Below are positions 28,700 through 38,892 of a stretch of DNA of 64,000 nt, one piece after another (the stretch's first letter is position 1; each line of letters starts with the position of its first letter). Origin of the DNA: an uncultured Actinomycetes bacterium (lineage in GTDB: Bacteria; Actinomycetota; Actinomycetes; Nanopelagicales; Nanopelagicaceae); NCBI GenBank assembly GCA_903928745.1, contig CAIYRR010000022.1, forward strand, positions 4,650 to 68,649, in the 5' to 3' direction. The notes below the pieces were generated by a model, which ran no database searches, was not told the origin of the DNA, and saw only the letters and a program-made list of their open reading frames with translations. A program made the position numbers and the translations under genes.

Positions 28700-30159
28700 G
28701 CTGGTCTAAAAGCCTCATTCGCAACAGTCTCTGCATGTTTAATCATGATGTGCCGTGTCACTGTGTATTCAGATAATGATTCCTGGCTCATATCTTTTCC
28801 GAAGCCAGAACCCTTTACCCCTCCGTGAGGAGCCTCGGATGCAATTGGCAAGTGATCATTTATCCAGGTGACTCCGACCTCAAGTTGATGACTGACGCGA
28901 AGTGCGCGTGCTACATCCGTTGTCCAAATGGATGAAGCCAACCCGAATGCACTGTCATTTGCATGTTCAATTCCGGATGCCTCTCCATCGAAAGGAAGTA
29001 CCGCTAGTACTGGTCCGAAGACTTCGCCTTGGACAATTTCACTCTTTTGATCCATGCCCACCAAAACAGTCGGTGGATAGTAAGCACCTGGTCCATCAGG
29101 AATATATCCGCCAAGCTCTATCTTCGCCCCAGCATCAACGGCTCGCGTGACAAAACCATGAACACGATCGCGATGATCAGCAGAAATCAAAGGTCCAATA
29201 TCTGTGGAACGATCCAAAGGATCTCCCCACTTTACTTTTGCTCCCGTTGCAACAAGGGCATCGACCGCATCTGCATACTTAGAGCGCTCTACGTAAATGC
29301 GGGTGGCAGCCGTGCAATCTTGACCAGTGTTATACGTAGAACCCATAACAAGTGCTTGTGCCATCGCAGAGATATCCGCATCTGCAAACACAATTGCTGG
29401 CGCCTTTCCACCAAGTTCAAGGTGCACACGTTTTGTTCCTTTAGCCGCTTCACGCATGATGAATTCACCTGTTGAGGCAGATCCGGTAAGCGAAATCATA
29501 TTTACATCATTATTTGTCACGAGAGCACTTCCGACCTCTGCGCCTCCTGTTATCACATTGAAAACTCCGGCAGGCATTCCTGCCTCCATCGCAAGTTCAG
29601 CGAGGCGCAATGAAGTTTGTGGAGTTGCAGGCGCTGGTTTCAAAACAACAGTGTTTCCAGCTGCCAGGGCTGGACCCATCTTCCAGATTGCCATAATCAA
29701 TGGGAAATTCCATGGGGCAATACTTGCGACGACTCCAATCGGTCTGCGAATGAGCATCGATGTGTAGCCGGTACTCAATACTCCCGCGCCCGTCCCATCA
29801 AGAGATCTGGCAGCACCTGCAAAGAAACGTAAATTATCAACTGCGAAAGGAATCTCGCCTTCGAAAAAAGTTGCATACGGTTTTCCGCTATCACTCACTT
29901 CCATGTTGGTGAGTTCGCCACCATGCGTCTCAATGAGATCAGCTAATCGGAGCAATATTCGTGAGCGCTCTCCTGGCGTCTTTGCTGACCAGGATGGAAA
30001 TGCATTACGGGCCGCCGCGACACACTCCTGTGATTCTTGAACTGATCCTTCAGCAACTTCGGCAACCGCCAGCCCTGTAGCAGGGTTAATCAAGGTTCGG
30101 CGCGGACCTTTGCCGTCACGCGTAATTCCAGAGATATGAAGTCCAGATATTGTGCTCAT
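28696..30159 (-). CDS. patD: gamma-aminobutyraldehyde dehydrogenase (PatD/YdcW-like)
   Basis: Long collinear matches to E. coli PatD (VASIAPWNFPL, ELGGKAP, GQDCTAATRIY, HGGVKGSGFGKDMS). Start set at Met16, because the track ORF overlaps the upstream gene. Confidence 0.88.
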   Translation of the reverse strand: MSTISGLHISGITRDGKGPRRTLINPATGLAVAEVAEGSVQESQECVAAARNAFPSWSAKTPGERSRILLRLADLIETHGGELTNMEVSDSGKPYATFFEGEIPFAVDNLRFFAGAARSLDGTGAGVLSTGYTSMLIRRPIGVVASIAPWNFPLIMAIWKMGPALAAGNTVVLKPAPATPQTSLRLAELAMEAGMPAGVFNVITGGAEVGSALVTNNDVNMISLTGSASTGEFIMREAAKGTKRVHLELGGKAPAIVFADADISAMAQALVMGSTYNTGQDCTAATRIYVERSKYADAVDALVATGAKVKWGDPLDRSTDIGPLISADHRDRVHGFVTRAVDAGAKIELGGYIPDGPGAYYPPTVLVGMDQKSEIVQGEVFGPVLAVLPFDGEASGIEHANDSAFGLASSIWTTDVARALRVSHQLEVGVTWINDHLPIASEAPHGGVKGSGFGKDMSQESLSEYTVTRHIMIKHAETVANEAFRPA

Positions 30160-30184
30160 AGGTTTCTTTCCATTCTCTGAAGTA

Positions 30185-31588
30185 TCAACTGTTGAATCCC
30201 ACACCCATACGATCTAGAAGTCCAAGCCATGGACCACGTTTCCCATCTATGTCTTCACGAGCTAACGCTGAACGAGTTTTTGAGACCAAGAGTGCTCGAA
30301 TTGGTTCTGGCGGAAATGGAACCGGCTTGCGTTTTACAAGTGTGAGTTGTGTGAGTTCACTTTCCCGATTTGCTATGAAATCGAGCGCGACTCTGGCCCC
30401 AAAACGTGAAGAGGTAACACCAAGCCCTGTATACCCAAATGCATAAGCCACTCTGCCACCATATGCACGCCCTATCACAGGAGTAAATCGTGAGGTCGTA
30501 TCAATCATCCCTGCCCATTTATGTGTGAAATTCAAACCTTCTAGCTGGGGGAAAGTTTCAAAGAAATGTTCAGAGAGCAACTGGTGTGAGGGCGCGAATT
30601 GTTCTTGCGAAATATTGCGATTGCTCCCCTTGTAATAGATTGCGTCATACCCACCCCAAAGTATTCTGTTGTCAGGGGTGCGTCGATAATAATGAAATTG
30701 ATTCCCAGCATCCGTGACGCCTTGGTTTTGCTGCCACCCGATAGATTCTAATTGGGCATGACTCAATTGTTCAGTGACGAGAACATGGTCAAAGACCGGT
30801 ATCGCCATATTACGCATGCGCCGAAGAAGTGGGCGAAAAGCGTTAGTAGCCAAGATGACCTTACTCGCATGAAGATTTGCAAGTTGTGTACGAACAGTCA
30901 TCCCTGCACCGTTACTTACTAAACCCATTGCTTGTGTCATCTCATGGATTCGAACGCCCCGGGCAAGAGCTGATGCACGAAGGCCCCAAGCAAGTTTTGC
31001 AGGATCTAAAATCCCACTACCGTCATGGATTCGAAGTGAAGCTAAGTACGTAGGTGAGTCAATATCTTTACGAGTTTCGGCGCTGTCAAGAAATTCAACT
31101 TTCTCCCCGTATTCACGAAGCTGCTTAAAGCTTGCTTCGAGTTCGGCCACGTGATGTGGGCGAAGTGCCATCACGCTCTTGCCACAGAAGTTTTGATCGG
31201 CATTGATCTTTTCGTTTCCTAAAAACTCAAAAATCTCTTTAACATTTTCTCTACCAAGACGCAGGAGGGTATGAATTTCTTTGGGCCACAGAGAAAGCCC
31301 ATGAGATAAACCGTGCGTCAAGGATTCGGAGAAAAAACCACCGTTGCGTCCCGACGCCCCGAAGGCAATTTGCTGGGCTTCAAGAATGACAACATCTAAA
31401 GAAGGATTCTCAATTTTTGCTTCGATTGCAGCCCAAAGTCCCGTCAGACCTCCACCAACAATCGCTAAATCGCATGTCGCATCAGTCGTTAGCGCTGGCA
31501 GATGGTCAGATGCTTGGGTATTGCCGGTCCAAAAGGGAGTCGCTACCGCATCTTTTAAGGCGAGCGATGCAGGTGTAAATATCTTCAT
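30185..31588 (-). CDS. FAD-dependent oxidoreductase (DAO family, PuuB-like)
   Basis: 467 aa with the dinucleotide-binding motif DLAIVGGGLTGLWAA. Confidence 0.85.
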   Translation of the reverse strand: MKIFTPASLALKDAVATPFWTGNTQASDHLPALTTDATCDLAIVGGGLTGLWAAIEAKIENPSLDVVILEAQQIAFGASGRNGGFFSESLTHGLSHGLSLWPKEIHTLLRLGRENVKEIFEFLGNEKINADQNFCGKSVMALRPHHVAELEASFKQLREYGEKVEFLDSAETRKDIDSPTYLASLRIHDGSGILDPAKLAWGLRASALARGVRIHEMTQAMGLVSNGAGMTVRTQLANLHASKVILATNAFRPLLRRMRNMAIPVFDHVLVTEQLSHAQLESIGWQQNQGVTDAGNQFHYYRRTPDNRILWGGYDAIYYKGSNRNISQEQFAPSHQLLSEHFFETFPQLEGLNFTHKWAGMIDTTSRFTPVIGRAYGGRVAYAFGYTGLGVTSSRFGARVALDFIANRESELTQLTLVKRKPVPFPPEPIRALLVSKTRSALAREDIDGKRGPWLGLLDRMGVGFNS

Positions 31589-32665
31589 TTACAAGGCGCT
31601 CCGGCGTGCATCTCGTGGAAGAACAATTGCTTTGAGCGGATCCCATGTCAGATTCACCATGGCACCGCGTTGTGCGGTTGTTGCCCCTGGCTGTGACATC
31701 AAAATAGGTGCACTCCGACCTTCGATTCCTAATACAAGTGTGGAAGCGCCTCCATAAAACTGAACATCCTGCACAAGTGTGGGAATCGAATGTTCTCCTG
31801 AAACGGCTACACGTAAATCTTCTGGGCGAATCAGTAAGTGAGCTTCCCCCGAAATATCTTTTCCATATCGATTGCCAGGAAGAATTCCTAAACTCGCGTG
31901 CTTAATGCCTTCGGCAACGACTACCCCGTCAAAGAAATTACTCTCGCCGATAAAGTCACCGACATATGCAGTTGATGGGCGTTGGTAAAGATCAACCGGA
32001 GAATCAACTTGGCCGACAGTTCCTTCAACCATGACGGCAATTCGATCCGCCATAGACATCGCTTCTTCCTGGTCATGAGTTACGACCACGAAAGTGATTC
32101 CTACTTCCAACTGCAATCGTTTAAGTTCTAATTGCATTTCAGAGCGTACTTTTCGATCAAGCGCCGAAAGGGGTTCATCGAGTAACAAGAGTTTTGGTCG
32201 CTTCACAATTGCTCGAGCAAGCGCAACGCGTTGGCGCTGCCCTCCAGAAAGTTGACTTGGGCGTGCTTTCACTTTGTCTTGTAATCCAACGGTTTTAAGA
32301 ACTTCTTCAACTCGCTCCTTGATTTGTGCCTTCGGAAGCTTCTCTCGTTCAAGACCGTAAGCCACATTTTGGCCAACGTTCATATGCGGAAAGAGGGCAT
32401 AACTCTGGAACATCAAATTGATAGGTCGTTTGTTTGCAGGAAGAGAAATGAGATCTACGCCAGCCAAAGTGACACTACCTTCCAGCGGTGTTTCAAAACC
32501 AGCGAGAATGCGCAGCAAGGTTGTTTTGCCGCAACCTGATGGGCCAAGTAAGGCGAAGAATTCGTTCTCGCGAATCTCAAGACTCACGTTATCAAGTGCT
32601 CGAACAGAGCCGTAGTCATGCGTGAGATTCTTGATCTCAATCAGATTCTTGGACTCGGTTGTCAT
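31589..32665 (-). CDS. potA: spermidine/putrescine ABC importer ATP-binding protein
   Basis: 358 aa with GPSGCGKTT, LSGGQRQR and a C-terminal TOBE-like domain. Confidence 0.9.
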   Translation of the reverse strand: MTTESKNLIEIKNLTHDYGSVRALDNVSLEIRENEFFALLGPSGCGKTTLLRILAGFETPLEGSVTLAGVDLISLPANKRPINLMFQSYALFPHMNVGQNVAYGLEREKLPKAQIKERVEEVLKTVGLQDKVKARPSQLSGGQRQRVALARAIVKRPKLLLLDEPLSALDRKVRSEMQLELKRLQLEVGITFVVVTHDQEEAMSMADRIAVMVEGTVGQVDSPVDLYQRPSTAYVGDFIGESNFFDGVVVAEGIKHASLGILPGNRYGKDISGEAHLLIRPEDLRVAVSGEHSIPTLVQDVQFYGGASTLVLGIEGRSAPILMSQPGATTAQRGAMVNLTWDPLKAIVLPRDARRSAL

Positions 32666-33450
32666 TCATCCTCCGTGGGTCGGGTCATTCTTTGAGCAAT
32701 AATGACGGCAGTAAAACTAACGAGCATGAGTAACGTTGCTAATGCATTGATTTCGGGGGTAACACCAAAACGAACCATTGAATAAATGACGATAGGCAAC
32801 GTCGGCGTAGTCGGTCCATTTGTGAAAAAAGCAATCACAAATTCGTCTAAAGAAAGAGTAAATGCGAGAAGCGCGCCGGCCAAAATGGCTGGGGCAAGGG
32901 ATGGCACGGTAATTCGAAGGAATGTTGATGTTCGTGTGGCCCCAAGATCCATAGAAGCCTCGCGCAAATATTTGTCGGTGTGTGCCAGTCGAGCTTTTAC
33001 GACTGCAGTAACAAAGGCCATGCTAAAAACAACATGGGCCAGTAAGACTGAATAAAGACCTAGCGACACTGAAAGCAATGCATATAGTGCAAGTAATCCG
33101 ATACCTAAAACAATGTCGGGGACAATTGCTGGAGCAAGTGCGAAGGCATTAAGAAAAGAAGACTTCGTATATCGATGCAAACCAACAGCCAAGAGAGTTC
33201 CTAAAACACTTGAAAGAATTGTTGAACCCGTGGCGACAATGAGAGTGTTAATCAAACCGTGAATCACCCGGCTGTCGTGCATCAAAACGGAATACCACCT
33301 AAACGAAAAACCCTTGAGAATAAATGGAGAATGAGATCCATTAAAAGACATCGCCATGAGTGCAAAGATTGGAATGTAAAGAAATGCAAATGTCCCAAAG
33401 AGTATGACCTTCAGCGGACGAATCTTCCTTAATGTTTTATTCACTGGCAT
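32662..33450 (-). CDS. polyamine ABC transporter permease (PotC/PotI-like)
   Basis: 6-TM permease with an EAA-type loop (EASMDLGATRTSTFLRITVP). Start set at Met30 of the track ORF. Confidence 0.88.
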   Translation of the reverse strand: MPVNKTLRKIRPLKVILFGTFAFLYIPIFALMAMSFNGSHSPFILKGFSFRWYSVLMHDSRVIHGLINTLIVATGSTILSSVLGTLLAVGLHRYTKSSFLNAFALAPAIVPDIVLGIGLLALYALLSVSLGLYSVLLAHVVFSMAFVTAVVKARLAHTDKYLREASMDLGATRTSTFLRITVPSLAPAILAGALLAFTLSLDEFVIAFFTNGPTTPTLPIVIYSMVRFGVTPEINALATLLMLVSFTAVIIAQRMTRPTEDE

Positions 33451-34333
33451 CACTTGAGAATCTTTTCTCCACTGCGTTTTGAAGCATGAAGAAGATAAAG
33501 ACCAGCGCGATAACCGAAAGCGCAAGTACGGAACCAAATGGCCAATCGCGAGCCTTTAAGAATTGGTCACGTATGAGATTTCCGACCATGACTGTCTTTC
33601 CGCCGCCAAGAAGTTCTGGCACGATGAAATTTCCTAGGCTGGGGATAAACACAAAAATCGAACCCGCAATAAGTCCTGATGCAGTAAGTGGCAAAGTTAA
33701 CGAAAAGAATGCTCGAGCTTTCGTGGCTCCGAGATTGGCAGCGGCTTCACCAAGTTGAGGATCCAGCCTTTCAATTGATGCATACAGAGGCAAAATCATG
33801 AGAGGCAGATATCCGTACAGGAGTCCTACAACAACTGCGCTCTGGGTATAAAGTAGATCAAGCGGAGTGTGAATAATGTTGAATTTCATTAGTGCGTGAT
33901 TGAGTAAACCTTCACGATTGAGCAACATAATCCAGGAATATGTACGGATGAGGAAGTTTGTCCAAAAAGGCATAACCACTAAGACGAGTGCTATAGAACG
34001 CCACTTGGTTGGTAGTTTCGCGATTGCATACGCGGTGGGATATCCAATCGCAATTGCAAGGACAGTTGTAATTCCGGCAATCTTCAATGAATCGGTGAGC
34101 ACCCCTAAGTAGACAGGGTCTAGCGCTCGTGTGAAATTCTCAGTTGTCGCCTTGTACACAATGCCGCCAAAGCGGCCTCGTTGAAAAATTGAATAGATGG
34201 CAACCAATGTGATGGGCGTTGCCATGAAAATCGTTATAAATAGAAAGCCTGGGCCTTGTAAAACCATTCGCTCGAGTAAGTCGCGACGCTTTTCAGAATC
34301 ACGACTTACTCGAGTACGAATGGGAGAAGTCAC
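33437..34333 (-). CDS. polyamine ABC transporter permease (PotB/PotH-like)
   Basis: 298 aa with the EAA loop GEAAANLGATKARAFFSLTLP. Confidence 0.88.
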   Translation of the reverse strand: MTSPIRTRVSRDSEKRRDLLERMVLQGPGFLFITIFMATPITLVAIYSIFQRGRFGGIVYKATTENFTRALDPVYLGVLTDSLKIAGITTVLAIAIGYPTAYAIAKLPTKWRSIALVLVVMPFWTNFLIRTYSWIMLLNREGLLNHALMKFNIIHTPLDLLYTQSAVVVGLLYGYLPLMILPLYASIERLDPQLGEAAANLGATKARAFFSLTLPLTASGLIAGSIFVFIPSLGNFIVPELLGGGKTVMVGNLIRDQFLKARDWPFGSVLALSVIALVFIFFMLQNAVEKRFSSDASE

Positions 34334-35445
34334 TTAGAAGAGGTGACCTCTGTAGCAATCTTTGTATACATTGGGCCTGATGAACCTAGATCAAGCAAGT
34401 TTTCTTGCTTAAGTAGGTCTGCAGGGGTCATCAACATATTTGGATAGGTCTCGCCGAGTTTGGCGGCGGTGAGATCCATCGCAGCCTTATCTGGAGTCTT
34501 GTACAGCACATTTGAGATTACCCATGAATTAACTGTTGGATCCAAAATGTAGTTAATCAGAGCATGTGCTGCCTCTTTGTTCTTTGAAGTCTTCAAGATA
34601 ACCATGGTGTCTACCCAAAGGTCGCTGCCTTCTTTTGGAATCACAAACTTGATGTTCTTGTTATCAGTGATTCCGTAGTTGCACCATCCATCCCAGGCTT
34701 CAACCATTGCGGCTTCACCAGAGACAAGTCGTGTGTAGAAAGTGGTGTCATCGTAAGCAAGAAGAGTCTTCTTGGTAGCAACAAGCTGTGCTTTTACCTT
34801 ATCCATCTCAGTGGCATCGGTTGTGTTGGCTGAATATCCCAAAAGTTTCTGTGCTGGAAGCATCAACCAACGCTCTGTTGCAAGCATTGTTGTCTTGCCT
34901 TTGAGTTTGGCCACAGGATTAAGAAGATCATTCCAACTCGTTGGATCAAAGCCGGTCAAATCCTTGCGATAACAAATACCCGTTGTTCCCCATGTGTAGG
35001 GAACTGAATATTTGTTGCCCATGTCATAAGGAAGTTTTGATGCCTCTGGATATAGATTCTTCAAATTTGGAATGAGAGCCGCATCGATTGGCTCCAATAG
35101 ACCTTGTGCAGCAAGAGCTTGCGCATATTGACCCGAAACAAAAGCAACATCAATTCCCGAGTCTGCACCGGATGTTAGTTTTGCCATGATTTCTTCATTT
35201 GTTGCATGGTTCGTGATGGTCATTTTCGGACCAACAGCCGCTTCAAATTTCGCAGCTAAATCTGGTGGGTTATAGGCCGCCCAGTTGGAAACCACGAGTG
35301 ATTGCTTTGTTAAATCAGCTTTTGGATCGAGTGCACCTGAAGCACCTGTTGAGGAGTTGGAACACGCGCTTACGAGCAAGACAATGCCCGCCGCAATAGA
35401 ACTAATTGTCAGTTTTCTTCCATGTGTGCCGAGAAAGCTTTGCAT
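34330..35445 (-). CDS. spermidine/putrescine-binding lipoprotein (PotD/PotF-like)
   Basis: 371 aa with the lipobox LLVSAC. First gene of the importer operon. Confidence 0.88.
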   Translation of the reverse strand: MQSFLGTHGRKLTISSIAAGIVLLVSACSNSSTGASGALDPKADLTKQSLVVSNWAAYNPPDLAAKFEAAVGPKMTITNHATNEEIMAKLTSGADSGIDVAFVSGQYAQALAAQGLLEPIDAALIPNLKNLYPEASKLPYDMGNKYSVPYTWGTTGICYRKDLTGFDPTSWNDLLNPVAKLKGKTTMLATERWLMLPAQKLLGYSANTTDATEMDKVKAQLVATKKTLLAYDDTTFYTRLVSGEAAMVEAWDGWCNYGITDNKNIKFVIPKEGSDLWVDTMVILKTSKNKEAAHALINYILDPTVNSWVISNVLYKTPDKAAMDLTAAKLGETYPNMLMTPADLLKQENLLDLGSSGPMYTKIATEVTSSK

Positions 35446-35679
35446 CTATTCCTCCGTATCTAGACCAGCCAAAGACCTGGACTCACCCGCGGGTCCGTTG
35501 ACTCGAGGTTTGGTGAATTCTGACCCCAGATTCAGTTTTTTGCAAGGGAAATCTCACTTAAAAACAAGGTATTTTCCAATAATCTGAATTGCGATTCAAT
35601 CTTCCAAAATCTTACTTTCTGGGGTACTTTATAAACCAAATCAGGTAAACCTCAATTTTGAGCGTAAGAGAGGGCGATT

Positions 35680-36297
35680 GTGTCCAGTCCGAGCAAGGAA
35701 CGACGTGATCGATTGCTCCTCGCTGCCCAGCGAGCAATGGCTGAGCATGGGACTGCTGTGCGCCTGAATCAAGTGGCAGATGAGGCTGGACTCACTTCGG
35801 GAGCAATTCTTTATCACTACCCAGATCTTCAAGATCTATTGGTAGATGCAACCCGCGCTGTTTCAGAAAGATTCTACGAGGAACGAGTCCACGCTATTGA
35901 AGGAATCGAAGATCCTGCCGAACGATTGATACGTACCATCGTGAGCGGTGTGCCACTCGATAACGAAGATGTCGGCGTGAAACTTCTTTGCGCTTTAGGA
36001 GGCGCAGCTTCACGTCATACCATGTACGCAATTTTGCTTACATCTTTATATGACCGGCAAGTGAGTCTTTATCAGTCCATTCTGGAGACCGGACATGCGC
36101 TCTCAGTATTTTCATTGCAATCGCCCTCACTAGACATCGCAAGAAATTTGGTGGCTCTAGAGGATGCATATGGATATCGCATTATGGCTGGACATCCCAC
36201 TTTGACTTATGACGCTGCTGTTGAACTTATACTTGAATTTGCACGATTAGCTACTGGGCACACCCTCACACTCGAACGCTCCAAGGAGAAATCATGA
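35680..36297 (+). CDS. TetR family transcriptional regulator
   Basis: 205 aa with the N-terminal HTH RLNQVADEAGLTSGAILYHYPD. Its stop overlaps the next start (ATGA). Confidence 0.85.
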   Translation: MSSPSKERRDRLLLAAQRAMAEHGTAVRLNQVADEAGLTSGAILYHYPDLQDLLVDATRAVSERFYEERVHAIEGIEDPAERLIRTIVSGVPLDNEDVGVKLLCALGGAASRHTMYAILLTSLYDRQVSLYQSILETGHALSVFSLQSPSLDIARNLVALEDAYGYRIMAGHPTLTYDAAVELILEFARLATGHTLTLERSKEKS

Positions 36298-37613
36298 CTA
36301 GCCAACAACTCACCGTTCTCTTTATGCCCGAATCTGCATATGGACCAACAAATCAATGCATTGGCTTAGGTAATGAATTACTCAAACGGGGTCATCGCGT
36401 TGTGTTTGCAGCCGAGGCATCTTGGAAAGGGAAGCTCATTGGTTTTGGATTTGAAGAAGATCTCGTGAACTTAGCTCCACCATCAGATGCTTCAGATAAT
36501 GAAGATCAAGACGCGGGACAATTCTGGAAAGATTTCATACGAGATACCTCCCCTGAATTTCGCAAGCCAACGATTGATCAGTTAGAGAGTTTCATTAAAC
36601 CCACTTGGCAAGCACTGATTGATGGTGCGATGTACTGCGAACCACAGTTGCGCGAAATTATTGCCCGCGTGAAGCCAGATGTGATTGTTGAAGATAACGT
36701 CCTCACCTTTCCGGCTTTACTGACATCAGGCGCTCCATTTGTGCGAATTGTTTCGTGCAATCCGTTAGAGATGAAGGGTCCAGGTGTGGCACCTACTTTC
36801 TCCGGACTTCCTTGTGATGATCAGAGTCAATGGCAAGAATTCAATAACCGATACGAATCAACTCATAGAGAGATGTGGGAACGCTTCAACGCGTGGGTTG
36901 TTGCACAAGGTGCGCCAGCCCTACCCGACTTAGAATTCATCCACACGTCCGAGCATGCGAATATGTATGTGTATCCGCAAGAAATTGATTACACCGATCA
37001 ACGCGCGCTGGATTCCACATGGCACCGCATGGATTCAAGTGTTAGAGATACCGATGGAGAATTCATTTTGCCTGAGTCGATGAAGAATCGGCCAGAAGGT
37101 AGCGCACTGATCTACCTCTCCTTGGGTTCCCTCGGAAGTGCAGATGTTGACCTCATGCGACGCCTAGTTTCAATCCTCGGTAAAACTCAACATCGTTTTA
37201 TTGTGAGTAAAGGGCCTCAACATTCTGAGTATGAGCTTGCCGAGAATATGTACGGCGCCGAATTCTTGCCACAAATAAAGATTGTTCCACAGGTGGATCT
37301 CGTCATCACGCATGGTGGAAACAACACAGTGACAGAAGCTCTTCACTTTGGAAAGCCCATGATTGTGTTGCCACTATTTTGGGATCAATACGACAATGCC
37401 CAACGAATAGATGAGACTGGGTTTGGCGTACGACTAGCTACCTACGATTTCACGGATGAAGAAATTGTGAGCGCCATCGATCGGCTCCTCAATGATCAAA
37501 AGTTGCAGGATCTTCTTGGGGAAACAAAAGCTCGGATTCAGGGAAATAGCGGAATTAAAGTCGGTGCGGACGTCATCGAAAATGTGGCCCGTAAATACCG
37601 AGAAAACTCCTAA
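36294..37613 (+). CDS. GT1-family (MGT/UGT-type) glycosyltransferase
   Basis: 439 aa with a C-terminal nucleotide-sugar signature (THGGNNTVTEALHFGKPMIVLPLFWDQYDNA). Confidence 0.85.
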   Translation: MTSQQLTVLFMPESAYGPTNQCIGLGNELLKRGHRVVFAAEASWKGKLIGFGFEEDLVNLAPPSDASDNEDQDAGQFWKDFIRDTSPEFRKPTIDQLESFIKPTWQALIDGAMYCEPQLREIIARVKPDVIVEDNVLTFPALLTSGAPFVRIVSCNPLEMKGPGVAPTFSGLPCDDQSQWQEFNNRYESTHREMWERFNAWVVAQGAPALPDLEFIHTSEHANMYVYPQEIDYTDQRALDSTWHRMDSSVRDTDGEFILPESMKNRPEGSALIYLSLGSLGSADVDLMRRLVSILGKTQHRFIVSKGPQHSEYELAENMYGAEFLPQIKIVPQVDLVITHGGNNTVTEALHFGKPMIVLPLFWDQYDNAQRIDETGFGVRLATYDFTDEEIVSAIDRLLNDQKLQDLLGETKARIQGNSGIKVGADVIENVARKYRENS

Positions 37614-37623
37614 ACTCCTACAC

Positions 37624-38892
37624 ATGACCAATCAGGATTGGGAAATCGCACTTACTCAAGCGAACCCAACTGATTTATTGCCCCAACGCGTTGGAGCGAT
37701 TCCGTATTCCATACAAGCACCGCTCACGCTCATCGATTCTTTGCCGATCGCCAGCGATAGTCGAATTTGCATTGTTGTCGATAGTTCTGGCAAGTATTTC
37801 TCACTACCGCTGCTCCTACGAAATGGGAGAGTAAAAAGAGCCGAACCTGGTGAAGGACTTGCTCAAGCAATCTCAGACTTCCCGATTGGAATTCACTACC
37901 TCGGGAATTTCACTCTTTCGGTAAAAAATCAAAAGAACGTATCTGGTGAAAGATCAATGGGAGTTGATCAAACTGAAGAATCCATCGTCGTTGGTGAGGA
38001 GATCGTTGTTAAGTACTTCTCCCAGGTTACTGACAGCACCTTTACTTCATTGCCCAAGATCGAAGCGCTAGATAATGCCCACTTGCCTTTCATTCCGAAA
38101 TCTTTTCTAAATCTTGAATGGAGAGATTCTGGGTCACATTTTCTCTTGGCGCAGGCCAGCGCTTACATTCCTGGTGCTGTGGATGGTTGGACTTGGGCGA
38201 TTCAAGATGTTCAAGAGTTTCTTGATGGTCATCAAACGCTTGATCAAGCAGCTCAATGCGGAGTCGTCTTGGGTGAGATTTTGGCTGGCATGCATTTGGC
38301 ATTCACTGCGTGCTCATCCAGTATCGCCACGGATTTTGATGTAGCCCAATGGGTCGAATTATCCTTAAGAGATCTAGATCTTGCAGGTTCTGATCACAAT
38401 GAAACTATTAACCTCTACCGGTCCAAGATTGAATCAATCCTTGCCAGCGCCCACCTTGATTCACCACAAAGGCTCTCTTTCACACACGGCGATCTCCATG
38501 TCGGACAATTCTTGCGAACTCCCGAAGGTAAATATTTCGTCATTGATTTTGACGGAAATCCAGTAGCTGACCCTTCAGAAGCTCCCAATCGCCAACCACT
38601 CTTGCAAGATCTTTCCTCGCTTATTCAATCCATCGATCACGTGGCTCGAGTGGTTGATAAACGTCGAAATTATTCTCGAGCGCAAGATCTCCAGAAGTGG
38701 ATTACAAGCACGCAGCGACTCTTGATGAGTACCTACAAAGGGCTATGCGATCAAGATGTCGATTCTCAACTCATGAAGATTTTCCAAATTCAACAAGAGT
38801 GCCGTGAATTCATTTACGCGCAGAAACATTTACCCGTGTGGCGTTATGTTCCAGAGGCCGCCATGGCAGCCCTCATGAAGGAGAATGAGTGA
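37624..38892 (+). CDS. maltokinase (Mak/Pep2)-family sugar or aminosugar kinase
   Basis: 422 aa from the internal Met. The catalytic region HGDLHVGQFLR...YFVIDFDGNP matches the mycobacterial Mak pattern HGDLHLGQVL...IDFEGEP. Confidence 0.8.
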   Translation: MTNQDWEIALTQANPTDLLPQRVGAIPYSIQAPLTLIDSLPIASDSRICIVVDSSGKYFSLPLLLRNGRVKRAEPGEGLAQAISDFPIGIHYLGNFTLSVKNQKNVSGERSMGVDQTEESIVVGEEIVVKYFSQVTDSTFTSLPKIEALDNAHLPFIPKSFLNLEWRDSGSHFLLAQASAYIPGAVDGWTWAIQDVQEFLDGHQTLDQAAQCGVVLGEILAGMHLAFTACSSSIATDFDVAQWVELSLRDLDLAGSDHNETINLYRSKIESILASAHLDSPQRLSFTHGDLHVGQFLRTPEGKYFVIDFDGNPVADPSEAPNRQPLLQDLSSLIQSIDHVARVVDKRRNYSRAQDLQKWITSTQRLLMSTYKGLCDQDVDSQLMKIFQIQQECREFIYAQKHLPVWRYVPEAAMAALMKENE

